Below, one piece after another: positions 31,743-40,915 of a DNA stretch of 47,820 nt; positions within the stretch are counted from its first letter, which is position 1, and every line of letters begins with the position of its first letter. The notes under the pieces were generated by a model that had not been told where the DNA came from, ran no database searches, and saw nothing but the letters and a program-made list of their open reading frames with translations. The position numbers and the translations under genes were made by a program. This stretch comes from a candidate division WOR-3 bacterium. Lineage in GTDB: Bacteria; Hydrothermota; Tepidihabitantia; Tepidihabitantales; Tepidihabitantaceae. The stretch is taken from positions 1 to 47,820 of the forward strand of contig CBFGIY010000008.1 in NCBI GenBank assembly GCA_965648935.1, in the 5' to 3' direction.

Positions 31743-34700
31743 ATGTCTGACAGGTCAAGCCAGCCGCTGCCGCTGGAAGCGGGCGTCGCCCTGCAACCGG
31801 GCGACATCGCCTTTGTCACCGACCGCAAGGGAAGAATCACCTGGTGGAACAGAGAGGCGGCCGCGGCCTTCGGCCTGTCGGGCGACGAGCCCGCGGGCAA
31901 GGAGTTCGCGGCTCTGTGCGCCGGCGGCCCGGCCGAAGGCGGCCCGGTCGACATCGAATCGGTGCTGGCCGGGCGCGACTTCGCCGGCGGCATCGAGTGC
32001 GTCAAGTCGGGCGGCGGGCGGCTATCGCTCTACGCCTATGCCACGGCCGGCCGCGACCAGTCAGGCGAGGTTGCCGGCGTCGTGTTCGTCGCCCGCGATG
32101 TCACCGGCTACAGCCGCGCCGAGGAGGCGCTGCGCGCCTCGGAAGAGAAGTACCGCCGCCTGCTCGACGGTTCCAACGACATTGTGCTCGTCACCGACCC
32201 GTCCGGCCGCATCGAGGAGGCCAATCTCGCCGCCGCGCACCTCATCGGCCACACCCGGGAAGAGCTGACCGCGATGGCTTTGCCCGACCTGGTGGCGCCG
32301 GAGGGCCGGCGTGCGGTCGAGCTCGCGCTCGGCCAGATGCGCCAGCGCGGGTCGACGATGAGCGTCGTCGCGTTGCGCACCCGCACCGGCCGGACCATAA
32401 CACTCGAACTTTCGGCATCGCTCATCCGGGTCGGCACGACCGAGCGAGCTCTGCTCATCGGCCGCGACATCACCGAGCGCCAGCTAGCCGAGCAGCGAGT
32501 GCGCGAGTCCGAGAACAAGTACCGCAGGATATTCGAGGCTTCGGGCGACGCGGTGCTCGTTATGTCGTTCGACCTGCGCGTGCGCGACGCGAACGAGCGC
32601 GCCGGCGAGCTCTTCGGCCGGGGCCGGGACGAGCTGCTCAAGCTGTCGCTGCCCGAACTGGTCGTGCCGGGCGAGAAAGACTGGCTGCCGGTGCTGCGCG
32701 ACCGGCTGACGCGCACCGGCGCCTGGCGCGGCGACCTGCGGATGAGAGGCCCGGGCAATGCCGAGCTGCAGGTGGACCTCGCCGTGTCCCTGCTGGACCT
32801 TGCCGGCGGGCCGCTGGTACTCTGCGTCGGCCACGACGTGTCAGAGCGGCGCCGGGCCGAGGCCGCGCTGCGCGAGAGCGAAGCCCGGTACCGGGCGGTT
32901 TTTGACAACGCGGCCGAGGCGGTGTACCTCGAGGCGCTTGACGGCCGCATCCTCGACGCCAATGCCAACGCCTGCCAGATGACCGGCTACACGCGCGAGG
33001 AACTGAAGCGGATGAGCGTTGCCGACCTCGTCCCGCCCGAGGTGAAGACCGGTCTGGGTGAAATCGAACAGGCTCTGGTCGAAAAGGGCGAGTTCCGCAC
33101 CCGGTCGCTGAACCGGCGGCGCGACGGCACGGTTTTCCCGGTCGAGGTCGTCGCCTCGGCGCTCGACTTCGGCGGCGAACCTGCCGTGCTCGTGCTGGTG
33201 CGAGACATATCAGAGCAGCAGCGCTACACCGACGCGCTGCGCGAGAGCGAGGCCCGGTTGCGCCTGATGCTCGACCAGTTGCCCACGGTGCTCTGGACGG
33301 TCGACCGCAACCTGATCTTCACGGCTTCGCTCGGGGCCGGCCTGCCCAAGCTTGGGCTCAAGCCGGGTCAGGTCGTCGGCCGGTCCCTGTTCGATTACTT
33401 CGGGAACGACAGCCCGGACTTCCCGCCGATTGCCGCGCACCGGCGCGCACTGCAGGGCGAAACGGTGCGTTACGAGTTCGAGTGGGACGGTCAGATTTTC
33501 GACACCACGCTCAAGCCGCTGCACGACGGCGAGGGAAACATCATCGGCGTCATCGGCCTTGCCGCTGATGTGACCGATGAGCGCCGTGCCGCGGCCGCGC
33601 TGCGTCGGAGCGAGGAGCGCTACCGCAGCCTGACCGAGGCTTCGCCCGATGCCATATACATCGTCGACCGCGCAGGCACGGTCCAGTTCTGCAATCGGGC
33701 GGGCGCGGCCGCACTGGGCCGGGCCGGTGAGGACCTGGTCGGGCGCCGGGTAGCCGACCTGTTCCCGCCCGACAATGCCCGACGCCAGGCAAGCAACCTG
33801 CAGCGCGTGTTCGAAACCGGCGAGCCGGTCCATATCGAGGACCTTTCGCGCTATGGCGAACGCGAGGTATGGCTTTCGACCTGGCTGGTCGGCCTGCGCG
33901 ACGAGGCCGGCCGCGTGAACGAGGTGCTCGGGGTATCGCGCGACCTGACCGAGCGCAAGCGCGCCGAGGAGAAGCTGCGCGAAAGCGAGGCACGCTACAA
34001 GGCGATCTTCGAAACGACCGCGGCCGCGACGATGATAATCGAGGCCGATATGACCATCTCGCTGGCGAACCGGGAGGTTGAGCGCCTGCTCGGTTTTACC
34101 GAAAGCGAGGTGGTCGGCCACAAGTGGACCGAGTTCGTTGCCCCGGACGAGCTAGAGCGGATGCAGAGTTACCACGAGCTGCGCCGCTCGGCCGACCCGG
34201 TCACTGCGCCGCGCACCTACGAGGCCCGCCTGCGCCACAAGGACGGAGCGTGGCGCGACTGCCTGCTGACGGTCGACATGATCCCTGGCACCGGGCAGAG
34301 CGTCGCCTCGGTGCTCGATGTTACCGACCGCAAGAGTGTTGTGCTTGCCTACGAGCAGAGCCGGATGCGCTACCGCTCGTTGCTCGAGTCGGTGCCGGTC
34401 GGCATCTACCGGACCACGCCCGATGGCCGCATCCTTGTCGCCAACCCTGCGCTGGTCAGGATGCTCGGGTTTGATTCGCTTGAGGAGCTGCTCGCGCGCA
34501 ATCTGGAGAAAGGCGGATTCGGGCCGGGCGCGAGCCGCGCCGCGTTCCGCTCGGCGCTGGAGTCGGCCGGCGAGCTGCTCGGCTACGAATCGACCTGGCT
34601 GCGCGTTGACGGCCAGCCGATTTTCGTGCGCGAGAATGTCCGGGTCGTGCGCGACGCGAGGGGCGCGGTGCAGTACTACGAGGGCACGGCCGAGGATGTC

Positions 34701-36305
34701 ACCGCGACCCGGCACGCTCTTGTCGCCCTGGAGGAAAGCGAGCAGGCATTCCGCGATCTCGCGGCCAACATCAACGATGGCGTCAGCATCGCCGAAGCCG
34801 AGGACGGCCGCTATGTCTACTCGAACCCGCGGTTCCGGGAGATGACCGGCTACAGCGAAGCGGACCTCGCGGCGATGACCTTCCGCGACGTGCTGGACAG
34901 CGCCGACCGCGCGTGGATGGAAGAAAGGTTCCGGTCGCGCCTTGCCGGCGGTATTGAGCCCAGTTCCTACGAGATAACGCTGGTCTGCAAGGACGGGCGC
35001 CGGCTGCCGGTGGAAATCAGCGCCAGCGTTACCCAGTGGCACGGCCGCCGGGCGGTGCTGGTCAGCGTGCGCGACATGTCAGCCCGGCGCGCGGCCGAGG
35101 CGGCCCTGCGCGAGAGCGAGGCAAAGTATCGCAGCGTTGTCGAACGGGCCAGCGACGGCATCTGCGTTATCCAGAACGGCCGGATACGGTTCCTCAACAA
35201 TCGGCTGGCCGAGATGGTCGGGATGACGCCGGAACAGCTCGCCAACCGGCCGTTCATCGAGTTCGTCCACCCTGAAGACCGCGCTATGGTTGCCGACCGG
35301 TACCGCCGGCGCCTGGCCGGCGAGACGTTGCCCGGCACGTACTCGGTCAGGTTTGTACTGCCCGACGGCGAGGCCGGATCGTTCGAGATCAACGCGGCGG
35401 CGGCGGAGTTCGACGGCGCGCCCGCGGATGTCGTGCTGGTGCGCGACGTTTCCGAGCGCGACCGTGCCCGGGCCGAGCGCGATGCCGCGCTGAGCCGGTA
35501 CGAGTCGTTGCTTTCGAGCGTCCGGGACGGCGTTGTATTGCTTGACACCGAGACCCGGGTGACATTCGCCAACGATGTCGCGGTGAAGCGCTCGGGCCGG
35601 CCGCTCGAATGGTGGCTTGGCCGCTCGTTTCTGGAAGTGGTTCCGCCCGAGCAGCACGACGGGCTCAAGCGGCTGTTCTCGGCGGCGCTGCGCGGGGAGG
35701 AGATCGGCCCGTTCGAGCTGTCCTATCAGACGGCGGGCGGCAGGACCATATACATTGAGGGCAGTGCCGCGGCCATCCGCGCGGGCGATGCCGTCGCCGG
35801 CGTGGTGGTGGTGAACCGGGATGTCACGGCGCGCCGTGAGGCCGAGGCCGCGCTGCGCGAGAGCGAGGAACGGTACCGGCGGCTGGTCGAGCTGTCGCCC
35901 GACATCATCGCGGTGCACCAGGGCGGGCGGATCGTGTTTGCCAACCCGGCGCTGGCCGCGACCCTCGGATTCCACTCGGCGGACGAGTTGCGCGGCCGCG
36001 GCATGATGGAGTTTCTCCATCCGGACGACTATGCCGCTGTCCAGGAGCGAGCCCAGCTCTCTCTTGAGCAGGGCGCGCCGGCACCGCCACTGGTCGAGCG
36101 TTTTGTGGCGCGGGACGGTACGGTGGTGAGGGTGGAGGCGCGGGCCGCAGCGTTCCTGTGGGAGGGCAAGCCGGCCGTGCTGGTCATCGCCCGCGTTCTG
36201 GAGCGGGTGCGGTCCGCCGGAGCCACAGCAAATGGCCCGCGCCGCCGCGCCAGCGCCGCCCGGCCTGCCCCCAAAACGCAACGCCGGCCGAAAAAGCGGG
36301 GCTAG
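31743..36305 (+). CDS. 1520-aa protein of 12 tandem PAS/PAC domains with no recognisable output domain
   Basis: Repeated ESE.RYR..../RD[IV][TS]ER junctions; ends in a basic low-complexity tail. Confidence 0.9.
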   Translation: MSDRSSQPLPLEAGVALQPGDIAFVTDRKGRITWWNREAAAAFGLSGDEPAGKEFAALCAGGPAEGGPVDIESVLAGRDFAGGIECVKSGGGRLSLYAYATAGRDQSGEVAGVVFVARDVTGYSRAEEALRASEEKYRRLLDGSNDIVLVTDPSGRIEEANLAAAHLIGHTREELTAMALPDLVAPEGRRAVELALGQMRQRGSTMSVVALRTRTGRTITLELSASLIRVGTTERALLIGRDITERQLAEQRVRESENKYRRIFEASGDAVLVMSFDLRVRDANERAGELFGRGRDELLKLSLPELVVPGEKDWLPVLRDRLTRTGAWRGDLRMRGPGNAELQVDLAVSLLDLAGGPLVLCVGHDVSERRRAEAALRESEARYRAVFDNAAEAVYLEALDGRILDANANACQMTGYTREELKRMSVADLVPPEVKTGLGEIEQALVEKGEFRTRSLNRRRDGTVFPVEVVASALDFGGEPAVLVLVRDISEQQRYTDALRESEARLRLMLDQLPTVLWTVDRNLIFTASLGAGLPKLGLKPGQVVGRSLFDYFGNDSPDFPPIAAHRRALQGETVRYEFEWDGQIFDTTLKPLHDGEGNIIGVIGLAADVTDERRAAAALRRSEERYRSLTEASPDAIYIVDRAGTVQFCNRAGAAALGRAGEDLVGRRVADLFPPDNARRQASNLQRVFETGEPVHIEDLSRYGEREVWLSTWLVGLRDEAGRVNEVLGVSRDLTERKRAEEKLRESEARYKAIFETTAAATMIIEADMTISLANREVERLLGFTESEVVGHKWTEFVAPDELERMQSYHELRRSADPVTAPRTYEARLRHKDGAWRDCLLTVDMIPGTGQSVASVLDVTDRKSVVLAYEQSRMRYRSLLESVPVGIYRTTPDGRILVANPALVRMLGFDSLEELLARNLEKGGFGPGASRAAFRSALESAGELLGYESTWLRVDGQPIFVRENVRVVRDARGAVQYYEGTAEDVTATRHALVALEESEQAFRDLAANINDGVSIAEAEDGRYVYSNPRFREMTGYSEADLAAMTFRDVLDSADRAWMEERFRSRLAGGIEPSSYEITLVCKDGRRLPVEISASVTQWHGRRAVLVSVRDMSARRAAEAALRESEAKYRSVVERASDGICVIQNGRIRFLNNRLAEMVGMTPEQLANRPFIEFVHPEDRAMVADRYRRRLAGETLPGTYSVRFVLPDGEAGSFEINAAAAEFDGAPADVVLVRDVSERDRARAERDAALSRYESLLSSVRDGVVLLDTETRVTFANDVAVKRSGRPLEWWLGRSFLEVVPPEQHDGLKRLFSAALRGEEIGPFELSYQTAGGRTIYIEGSAAAIRAGDAVAGVVVVNRDVTARREAEAALRESEERYRRLVELSPDIIAVHQGGRIVFANPALAATLGFHSADELRGRGMMEFLHPDDYAAVQERAQLSLEQGAPAPPLVERFVARDGTVVRVEARAAAFLWEGKPAVLVIARVLERVRSAGATANGPRRRASAARPAPKTQRRPKKRG

Positions 36306-36372
36306 CCAACCCGGCACCGGGCCGCCGGCCCATCCGTTGACTTGTGTCCGGGTCCGGCTAAAATGACCTTCT

Positions 36373-38160
36373 ATGTTGAGCACCATGCGCAAGCGCGTCC
36401 GCATCATAATGATAGTCGTTGCCGCCGCGTTCATCCTCGGATTCCTCGGCAGCGAGCTGTGGAACATCATCGCCCGGCAGGGCGGCGCGGACCCGCGGGG
36501 ACAGAATCCCAAGGGCCTCGTCGCCGAGGTCGGCAAGCACGAGGTGACCTCGGAGGAGTATCGCGCCGCGCTTGCCTACATCACCGAGAAGTACAAGAAC
36601 GAGAACCGCCTGCGTGATTTGTCCAACGAGGACTACGCCAACATCGAGCAGCAGACCTGGCGCTTCCTGGTCGGCGAGCTGACCTGGTCCCAGGTTCTTG
36701 AGAAGGCCCGCATCCGCCTCACCCAGGACGAGGTGGTGCAGATAATGCAGGCCAATCCGCCCGAGGAGCTGCGCGACAACCCGGAGCTGATGACCGACGG
36801 CAGGTTCGACCAGCAGAAGTACGTCGAACTGATGAACAAGCCGGAGAACCGCGAGTACTTCTCCAGGTACTATCAGGAACTGGTCGAAATGCTGCCCAAG
36901 GAGAAGTTCCGCATCGATGTTGTCAGCTCGTGGCGCCCGACCCAGCTCGAGATACAGGAGCAACTGGCCCAGGCCAACACCGTCTGGCGCGTCACCTCGC
37001 TTTACTTCGGGCCGGCGGCCATCGCCGACGCCGGCGACATCCAGCCGACCGACGCCGAGATCAAGGCCTACTACGACGCCAATCGCAACGACTTCAAGTC
37101 GAAGGAAGTGCGCCAGATCCGGTACACCGTCTTCCCGGTCGCGCTGAGCAGCCGCGACTCGGCCGACGCCAAAGAGCTCATCGACAAGGCGTGGGCCCAG
37201 CTCCAGTCGGGCGAGTCGTTCAACCTGACGATGCTTGACTACTCGGAGCTCGCCCCGGATACGATAGCGACGAAGTTCCCGCGCGAGCGGCTCGATCCTG
37301 CAACCGACTCTGTCGTCAAGAAGCTCAAGCCCGGCCAGACGAGCGAGCCTTTCCTTGCCAGTTACGGCTGGCAGATAATCGCGCTCGACAGCATCAGCGC
37401 CGACTCGGTCGCGCTCCGGCGCATCGTCGTCCGGGTCAAGCTGGGCGGCGAGGCGCTGGCCACGGTGCGCGACACGGTGCGCGCCTTCATCGAGCAGGCG
37501 AGCGCGGCCCCGTTTGAGAGCGTCGCGGCCCGCTTCAACTCCCCGGTACTGCGCCTGCGTCCGATGGTCGACGGCGAGCTCAACCTCGCCGGCCTGAACA
37601 TCGACAGCCCGAACCAGGTCGAGCAGTGGGCGAGGCGGGCCAAGCCCGGCTCGGTGTTGCCCAACGCCCAGCGCGGGCCGTTCGGCTACTATGTTTTCTG
37701 TCTCGATTCGGTGACGCCGGCCGGTGTGCAGGATTTCGAAAAAGTCAAGGCTGCGGCCGGGTGGCGCGTCCGCCAGAAGAAAGAGAAAGCGCTCTGGCAG
37801 GCCAAGGCCGAGGCCGCGGTCGCGGAACTGCGCGCGGGCAAGACGCTCGAGCAGTACGCCTCGGAGAACCCCGGGGTCGAGCTCCAGCCCGAGGAATTTC
37901 CCGGCCTTCAGGAAGCGCGCCGGCGCAAGGGGCCGGAATTCGCCGGAGCGCTGCTGGGGCTTGCCGCGGGCGAGCGGGTCGGCCCGGTCATCGCGGACTG
38001 GGGCGCGTTCATAATCCGCTGCGACGAGCGTTTCGAGATACAGGGCATGACCGCCGAGACCTATGCCCAGCAGCGCCAGCAGGACATCGCCCAGCGGCTG
38101 ATGGGCGAGTTCCTCAAAACACCGGACATCAAGGACTACCGCGAAGGCCTGCAGTACTGA
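36373..38160 (+). CDS. SurA-N/PpiD-like periplasmic chaperone (peptidyl-prolyl isomerase family)
   Basis: N-terminal TM (MLSTMRKR..), VAEVG..V, TDGRFD, AYYDANR.DF and parvulin-like GQTSEP..YGW.I; promoter TTGACT-N16-TAAAAT ends 8 nt before the ATG. Confidence 0.85.
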   Translation: MLSTMRKRVRIIMIVVAAAFILGFLGSELWNIIARQGGADPRGQNPKGLVAEVGKHEVTSEEYRAALAYITEKYKNENRLRDLSNEDYANIEQQTWRFLVGELTWSQVLEKARIRLTQDEVVQIMQANPPEELRDNPELMTDGRFDQQKYVELMNKPENREYFSRYYQELVEMLPKEKFRIDVVSSWRPTQLEIQEQLAQANTVWRVTSLYFGPAAIADAGDIQPTDAEIKAYYDANRNDFKSKEVRQIRYTVFPVALSSRDSADAKELIDKAWAQLQSGESFNLTMLDYSELAPDTIATKFPRERLDPATDSVVKKLKPGQTSEPFLASYGWQIIALDSISADSVALRRIVVRVKLGGEALATVRDTVRAFIEQASAAPFESVAARFNSPVLRLRPMVDGELNLAGLNIDSPNQVEQWARRAKPGSVLPNAQRGPFGYYVFCLDSVTPAGVQDFEKVKAAAGWRVRQKKEKALWQAKAEAAVAELRAGKTLEQYASENPGVELQPEEFPGLQEARRRKGPEFAGALLGLAAGERVGPVIADWGAFIIRCDERFEIQGMTAETYAQQRQQDIAQRLMGEFLKTPDIKDYREGLQY

Positions 38161-38255
38161 GTTCTTGACTTTGGCCGGCGGCAAAATAGATTAGAGCAGC
38201 AGTCCGGCGGGACGAAGCCGGTGATACTTCCCCCGGCTCGTGCCGGGAGAGTGAT

Positions 38256-38328
38256 GGCCCCATCGTCTAGAGGTTCAGGACATCACTCTTTCAAGGTGAA
38301 GACACGGGTTCGATTCCCGTTGGGGCCG
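38256..38328 (+). tRNA. tRNA-Glu(TTC)
   Basis: Cloverleaf GGCCCCA/TGGGGCC, anticodon loop CTTTCAA, TTCGATT; CCA not encoded. Confidence 0.95.
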
Positions 38329-38334
38329 TGCAGC

Positions 38335-38407
38335 GCGGGAGTAGCTCAGTTGGTAGAGCACTACCTTGCCAAGGTAGGGGTCGCGAGTTCAAATCTCGTC
38401 TCCCGCT
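38335..38407 (+). tRNA. tRNA-Gly(GCC)
   Basis: GCGGGAG/CTCCCGC, loop TTGCCAA; CCA not encoded. Confidence 0.95.
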
Positions 38408-38417
38408 TTCCATCCAG

Positions 38418-38489
38418 GGCGGCTTAGCCAAGTAGTAAGGCAGCGGTCTGCAAAATCGCAATACTCGGGTGCAAATCCCGAAGCCGCCT
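38418..38489 (+). tRNA. tRNA-Cys(GCA)
   Basis: GGCGGCT/AGCCGCC, loop CTGCAAA; CCA not encoded. Confidence 0.93.
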
Positions 38490-38549
38490 CTTGCGCTGCC
38501 CGGACTTTTGACTTCCCCCAACCGCCAATTAGACTGACAGGCAGCCAGC

Positions 38550-38635
38550 GCCGGGGTGGCGTAATTGGCAGACGCAAGGGACTTAAAATCCCTTGGCCCC
38601 TTGGGGCCGTGCCGGTTCAATTCCGGCCCCCGGCA
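38550..38635 (+). tRNA. tRNA-Leu(TAA)
   Basis: GCCGGGG/CCCCGGC, loop CTTAAAA, long variable arm; own promoter at 38508-38535. Confidence 0.95.
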
Positions 38636-38738
38636 TCACCGCTTGACGCCGGTCAGAATGCCGGTAGCCTGACCGTGGCCGGTCGCTTGTTGATTCAGGT
38701 CGATCGACAATTGGAGATCGGCAATCGTAGATTCTGTT

Positions 38739-38811
38739 GGGCCGTTAGCTCAGTTGGCAGAGCACCTGATTTTTAATCCGGTGGCCGCAGGTTCGAATCC
38801 TGCACGGCCCA
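38739..38811 (+). tRNA. tRNA-Lys(TTT)
   Basis: GGGCCGT/ACGGCCC, loop TTTTTAA, one U-C mismatch in the anticodon stem; promoter at 38643-38670. Confidence 0.9.
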
Positions 38812-39018
38812 TTTGGTCTCGTAGGTACAGGATTCGGCTGGCTCGCAACGGGCTCGCCAGAGCGAATCCTGCACGGCCCATTTGGTCTCGTAGGTACAGG
38901 ATTCGGCTGGCTCGCAACGGGCTCGCCAGAGCGAATCCTGCACGGCCCAGTTGATTTCATAGGCACAGGATTCGGCTGGCTCGCAACGGGCTCGCCAGAG
39001 CGAATCCAGCACGGCCCA
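38794..39018 (+). repeat. 69-bp tandem repeat (3 units + 18 bp), each unit starting with the tRNA-Lys 3' end
   Basis: CGAATCC(T/A)GCACGGCCCA at 38794, 38863, 38932 and 39001; units 1-2 identical, unit 3 diverged. Confidence 0.95.
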
Positions 39019-39084
39019 TTACCGATTCGTAAGGAAGCGTATTCGCGGCGACTCGCCCGCCACGCGGACGGTTGAAGATTTCGC

Positions 39085-39112
39085 TTGACACGCATCGATT
39101 TGATGCTATAAT
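39085..39112 (+). promoter_or_regulatory. Consensus promoter TTGACA-N16-TATAAT (with extended -10 TG)
   Basis: Exact hexamers, directly upstream of the riboswitch. Confidence 0.85.
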
Positions 39113-39158
39113 ATGTTGTCTGGTCGCGCAAGCGACAGTCTGACAATCTGGAGTCTGT

Positions 39159-39261
39159 GCATCAAGAGCGACCTGCAGGCGCAGGTCCGGCAACCGAGCT
39201 GAAGGAGCCACGGTGCCCGGGTTGGTCTGACCCGATGCGGCGAAGAGCAAAAAAGCCTTTG
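39159..39261 (+). ncRNA. SAM-I/IV-type riboswitch aptamer
   Basis: P1 GCATC/GATGC; J1/2 AAGAG; short P2 GACCTGC/GCAGGTC; P3 GGCAACC...GGTGCC; P4 GGGT/ACCC; P5-like GGC..GCAA; possible PK2 TGAAGG(39200-205)/CCTTTG(39256-261). Confidence 0.85.
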
Positions 39262-39284
39262 CCGCCCAGCGATGGGCGGTTTTT
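39261..39284 (+). terminator. Intrinsic terminator (riboswitch expression platform)
   Basis: GCCGCCCA-gcga-TGGGCGGT-TTTT; competing antiterminator GCGGCGAAG(39237-45)/CTTTGCCGC(39257-65). Confidence 0.85.
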
Positions 39285-39463
39285 CCATCCACCGCGGCAA
39301 GCCGCCGAGAAGTTCAGGCCGTCCCTCAACGTTCCTGGTGCACACAAGCAAGCGGTCGAACGACAGGAGCCCGACACGACGCCATTGCCGGCACCAGCCG
39401 GCACGGCAGGGTCGGCGCTGCCCGGGCGCCGGCCAGGCAGAGAATCTAACCAAGGAGGACCGA

Positions 39464-40915
39464 TTGAGTGACGGGAAGACCGGCAAGTTTGATGCAGTGA
39501 AAGCGCGCGAGTATCGCACGCAGGCCGAGTACCTGGAGGGTCTGCGCCAGGCGGTGAACTTCGAGAAGCAGTTGGGCAGGTTGCGAGAGCGGCTGGCCCG
39601 GCGCGCAGACGGCGGGATGGCGCCGCGCCCGAGCGACGCCAGCCTGGAGATAGCCGCGGCCCGGCGCGACCTGGCCCGGCGCGAGCACGAGGACCGCGTT
39701 GCCGCCACTCGGGCCGCGGGCATCGTCCTGCCGATTGACCGGCTGGCGGAGGAATACGCGCTGGACGAGCGGGAGCGGCAGTTCATCGAGACCGTACTGG
39801 TCGAGATGACCGACCTCAACGACACGCGTACCAGCCGGTTGGAGCTTGCCCGCATCGCCGGGCTGCTGGGCGGCGGGGACCCCGGCTCGACACAGGCGGT
39901 CCTGGGCCTGGTGCTGCCGGACAGCAATCTGCTGCAGAAGAAGCTACTCATGGTCAGGGGGTTCGGGCCGGTGCTGGGAGATTGGCAGGTGGCCGTCGCC
40001 CCCACCGTGTACGAGCGCCTGTTCGCCGGCGAGCGGGTCCGTGCCGGCGAGAAGGACGGCACTGCGCCGGGTATGCCCAGGCCGGCGGTGCCGGACGTGC
40101 GGGCGCACTTCGCGGAACGCGGCGTGGTGCTTGAGGAAGACGCGATGACAGTCGTCGAGCGGGTTTTCGCCGAGGCGAATTCGGGCGAGGACGTCCTGGT
40201 CAGTTGGGGATTCCCGCGGGAGTTCGCCGGCAGGGGCGTCGTCGCGCTGTTCCACGGGCCGTCGGGAACCGGCAAGACCCTGACCGCGCGCACGCTGGCC
40301 GAGGCGCTGGGCCGCGACCTGCACGTCGTGAGCTACGCCGAGGTGTTCAACGCGTATGTCGGCCAGACCGAGAAGGCCATCGTGCGGATGTTCGCCGAGG
40401 CCAAGGAGAAGAACGCGGTCCTGCTGCTGGACGAGGCGGACGCCCTGCTCGGCCGGCGCGGCGAAATCTCAAGAGCCGTGGACCGGCACTTCAACTCCGA
40501 GGTGAACACCGTGCTGATGGAGCTCGAGAAGCACGAAGGGGTCGTCATCCTGACGTCCAACCTGCCCGGCCTGCTGGACCCGGCGCTCGCGCGGCGCATC
40601 GGGCACAAGGTGGTTTTCGCCGCGCCGTGCGCCGAGGTGCGCGCGAGAATATGGCGGGCCAAGTTCCCGGCCGCCGCGCCGCTTGCGCCGGACGTGGATT
40701 TCGCCGCGCTGGGCGAGGAGTACGAACTCACCGGCGGCCAGATTGCCAATGCCGTGCGCAACGCGGTGTTCGTCGCCAAGGCGAGGTGTCGTCGCGACGG
40801 GTCGGCCGAGATACGCATCGCCGACATCAGGGCCGCGGCCGAGGCGGAGGAGCGCGGGTACGAGGCCCACACCGGGCCGGAGGGCGGCTTCGGGTTCGCG
40901 GGCGGCGGGCGATGA
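39464..40915 (+). CDS. AAA+ ATPase (single classical AAA domain, Afp15/Pvc15-like architecture)
   Basis: AAGGAGG SD with TTG 39464; FHGPSGTGKT, YVGQTEK pore loop, LLLDEAD, LDPALARR and LTGGQIAN; helical N-domain LPIDRLAEEYALDERE. Confidence 0.9.
   Translation: MSDGKTGKFDAVKAREYRTQAEYLEGLRQAVNFEKQLGRLRERLARRADGGMAPRPSDASLEIAAARRDLARREHEDRVAATRAAGIVLPIDRLAEEYALDERERQFIETVLVEMTDLNDTRTSRLELARIAGLLGGGDPGSTQAVLGLVLPDSNLLQKKLLMVRGFGPVLGDWQVAVAPTVYERLFAGERVRAGEKDGTAPGMPRPAVPDVRAHFAERGVVLEEDAMTVVERVFAEANSGEDVLVSWGFPREFAGRGVVALFHGPSGTGKTLTARTLAEALGRDLHVVSYAEVFNAYVGQTEKAIVRMFAEAKEKNAVLLLDEADALLGRRGEISRAVDRHFNSEVNTVLMELEKHEGVVILTSNLPGLLDPALARRIGHKVVFAAPCAEVRARIWRAKFPAAAPLAPDVDFAALGEEYELTGGQIANAVRNAVFVAKARCRRDGSAEIRIADIRAAAEAEERGYEAHTGPEGGFGFAGGGR

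Noticed and set aside
38794..39018. Possible CRISPR array
   Set aside because: The intervening segments are identical or near-identical rather than unique spacers, the repeat is the tRNA 3' end, and no cas genes are present.
38745..39471. ORFs 38745-39146(-), 38754-38954(+), 38773-39012(-), 39157-39471(+) and the 39272 start of the ATPase
   Set aside because: They overlap the tRNA, repeat or riboswitch. The 69-bp period keeps frames open artefactually, and the SD supports a start at 39464.
39464..40915. eCIS (Afp/PVC) locus
   Set aside because: Only the ATPase resembles Afp15; no sheath, tube or baseplate genes are in the window.
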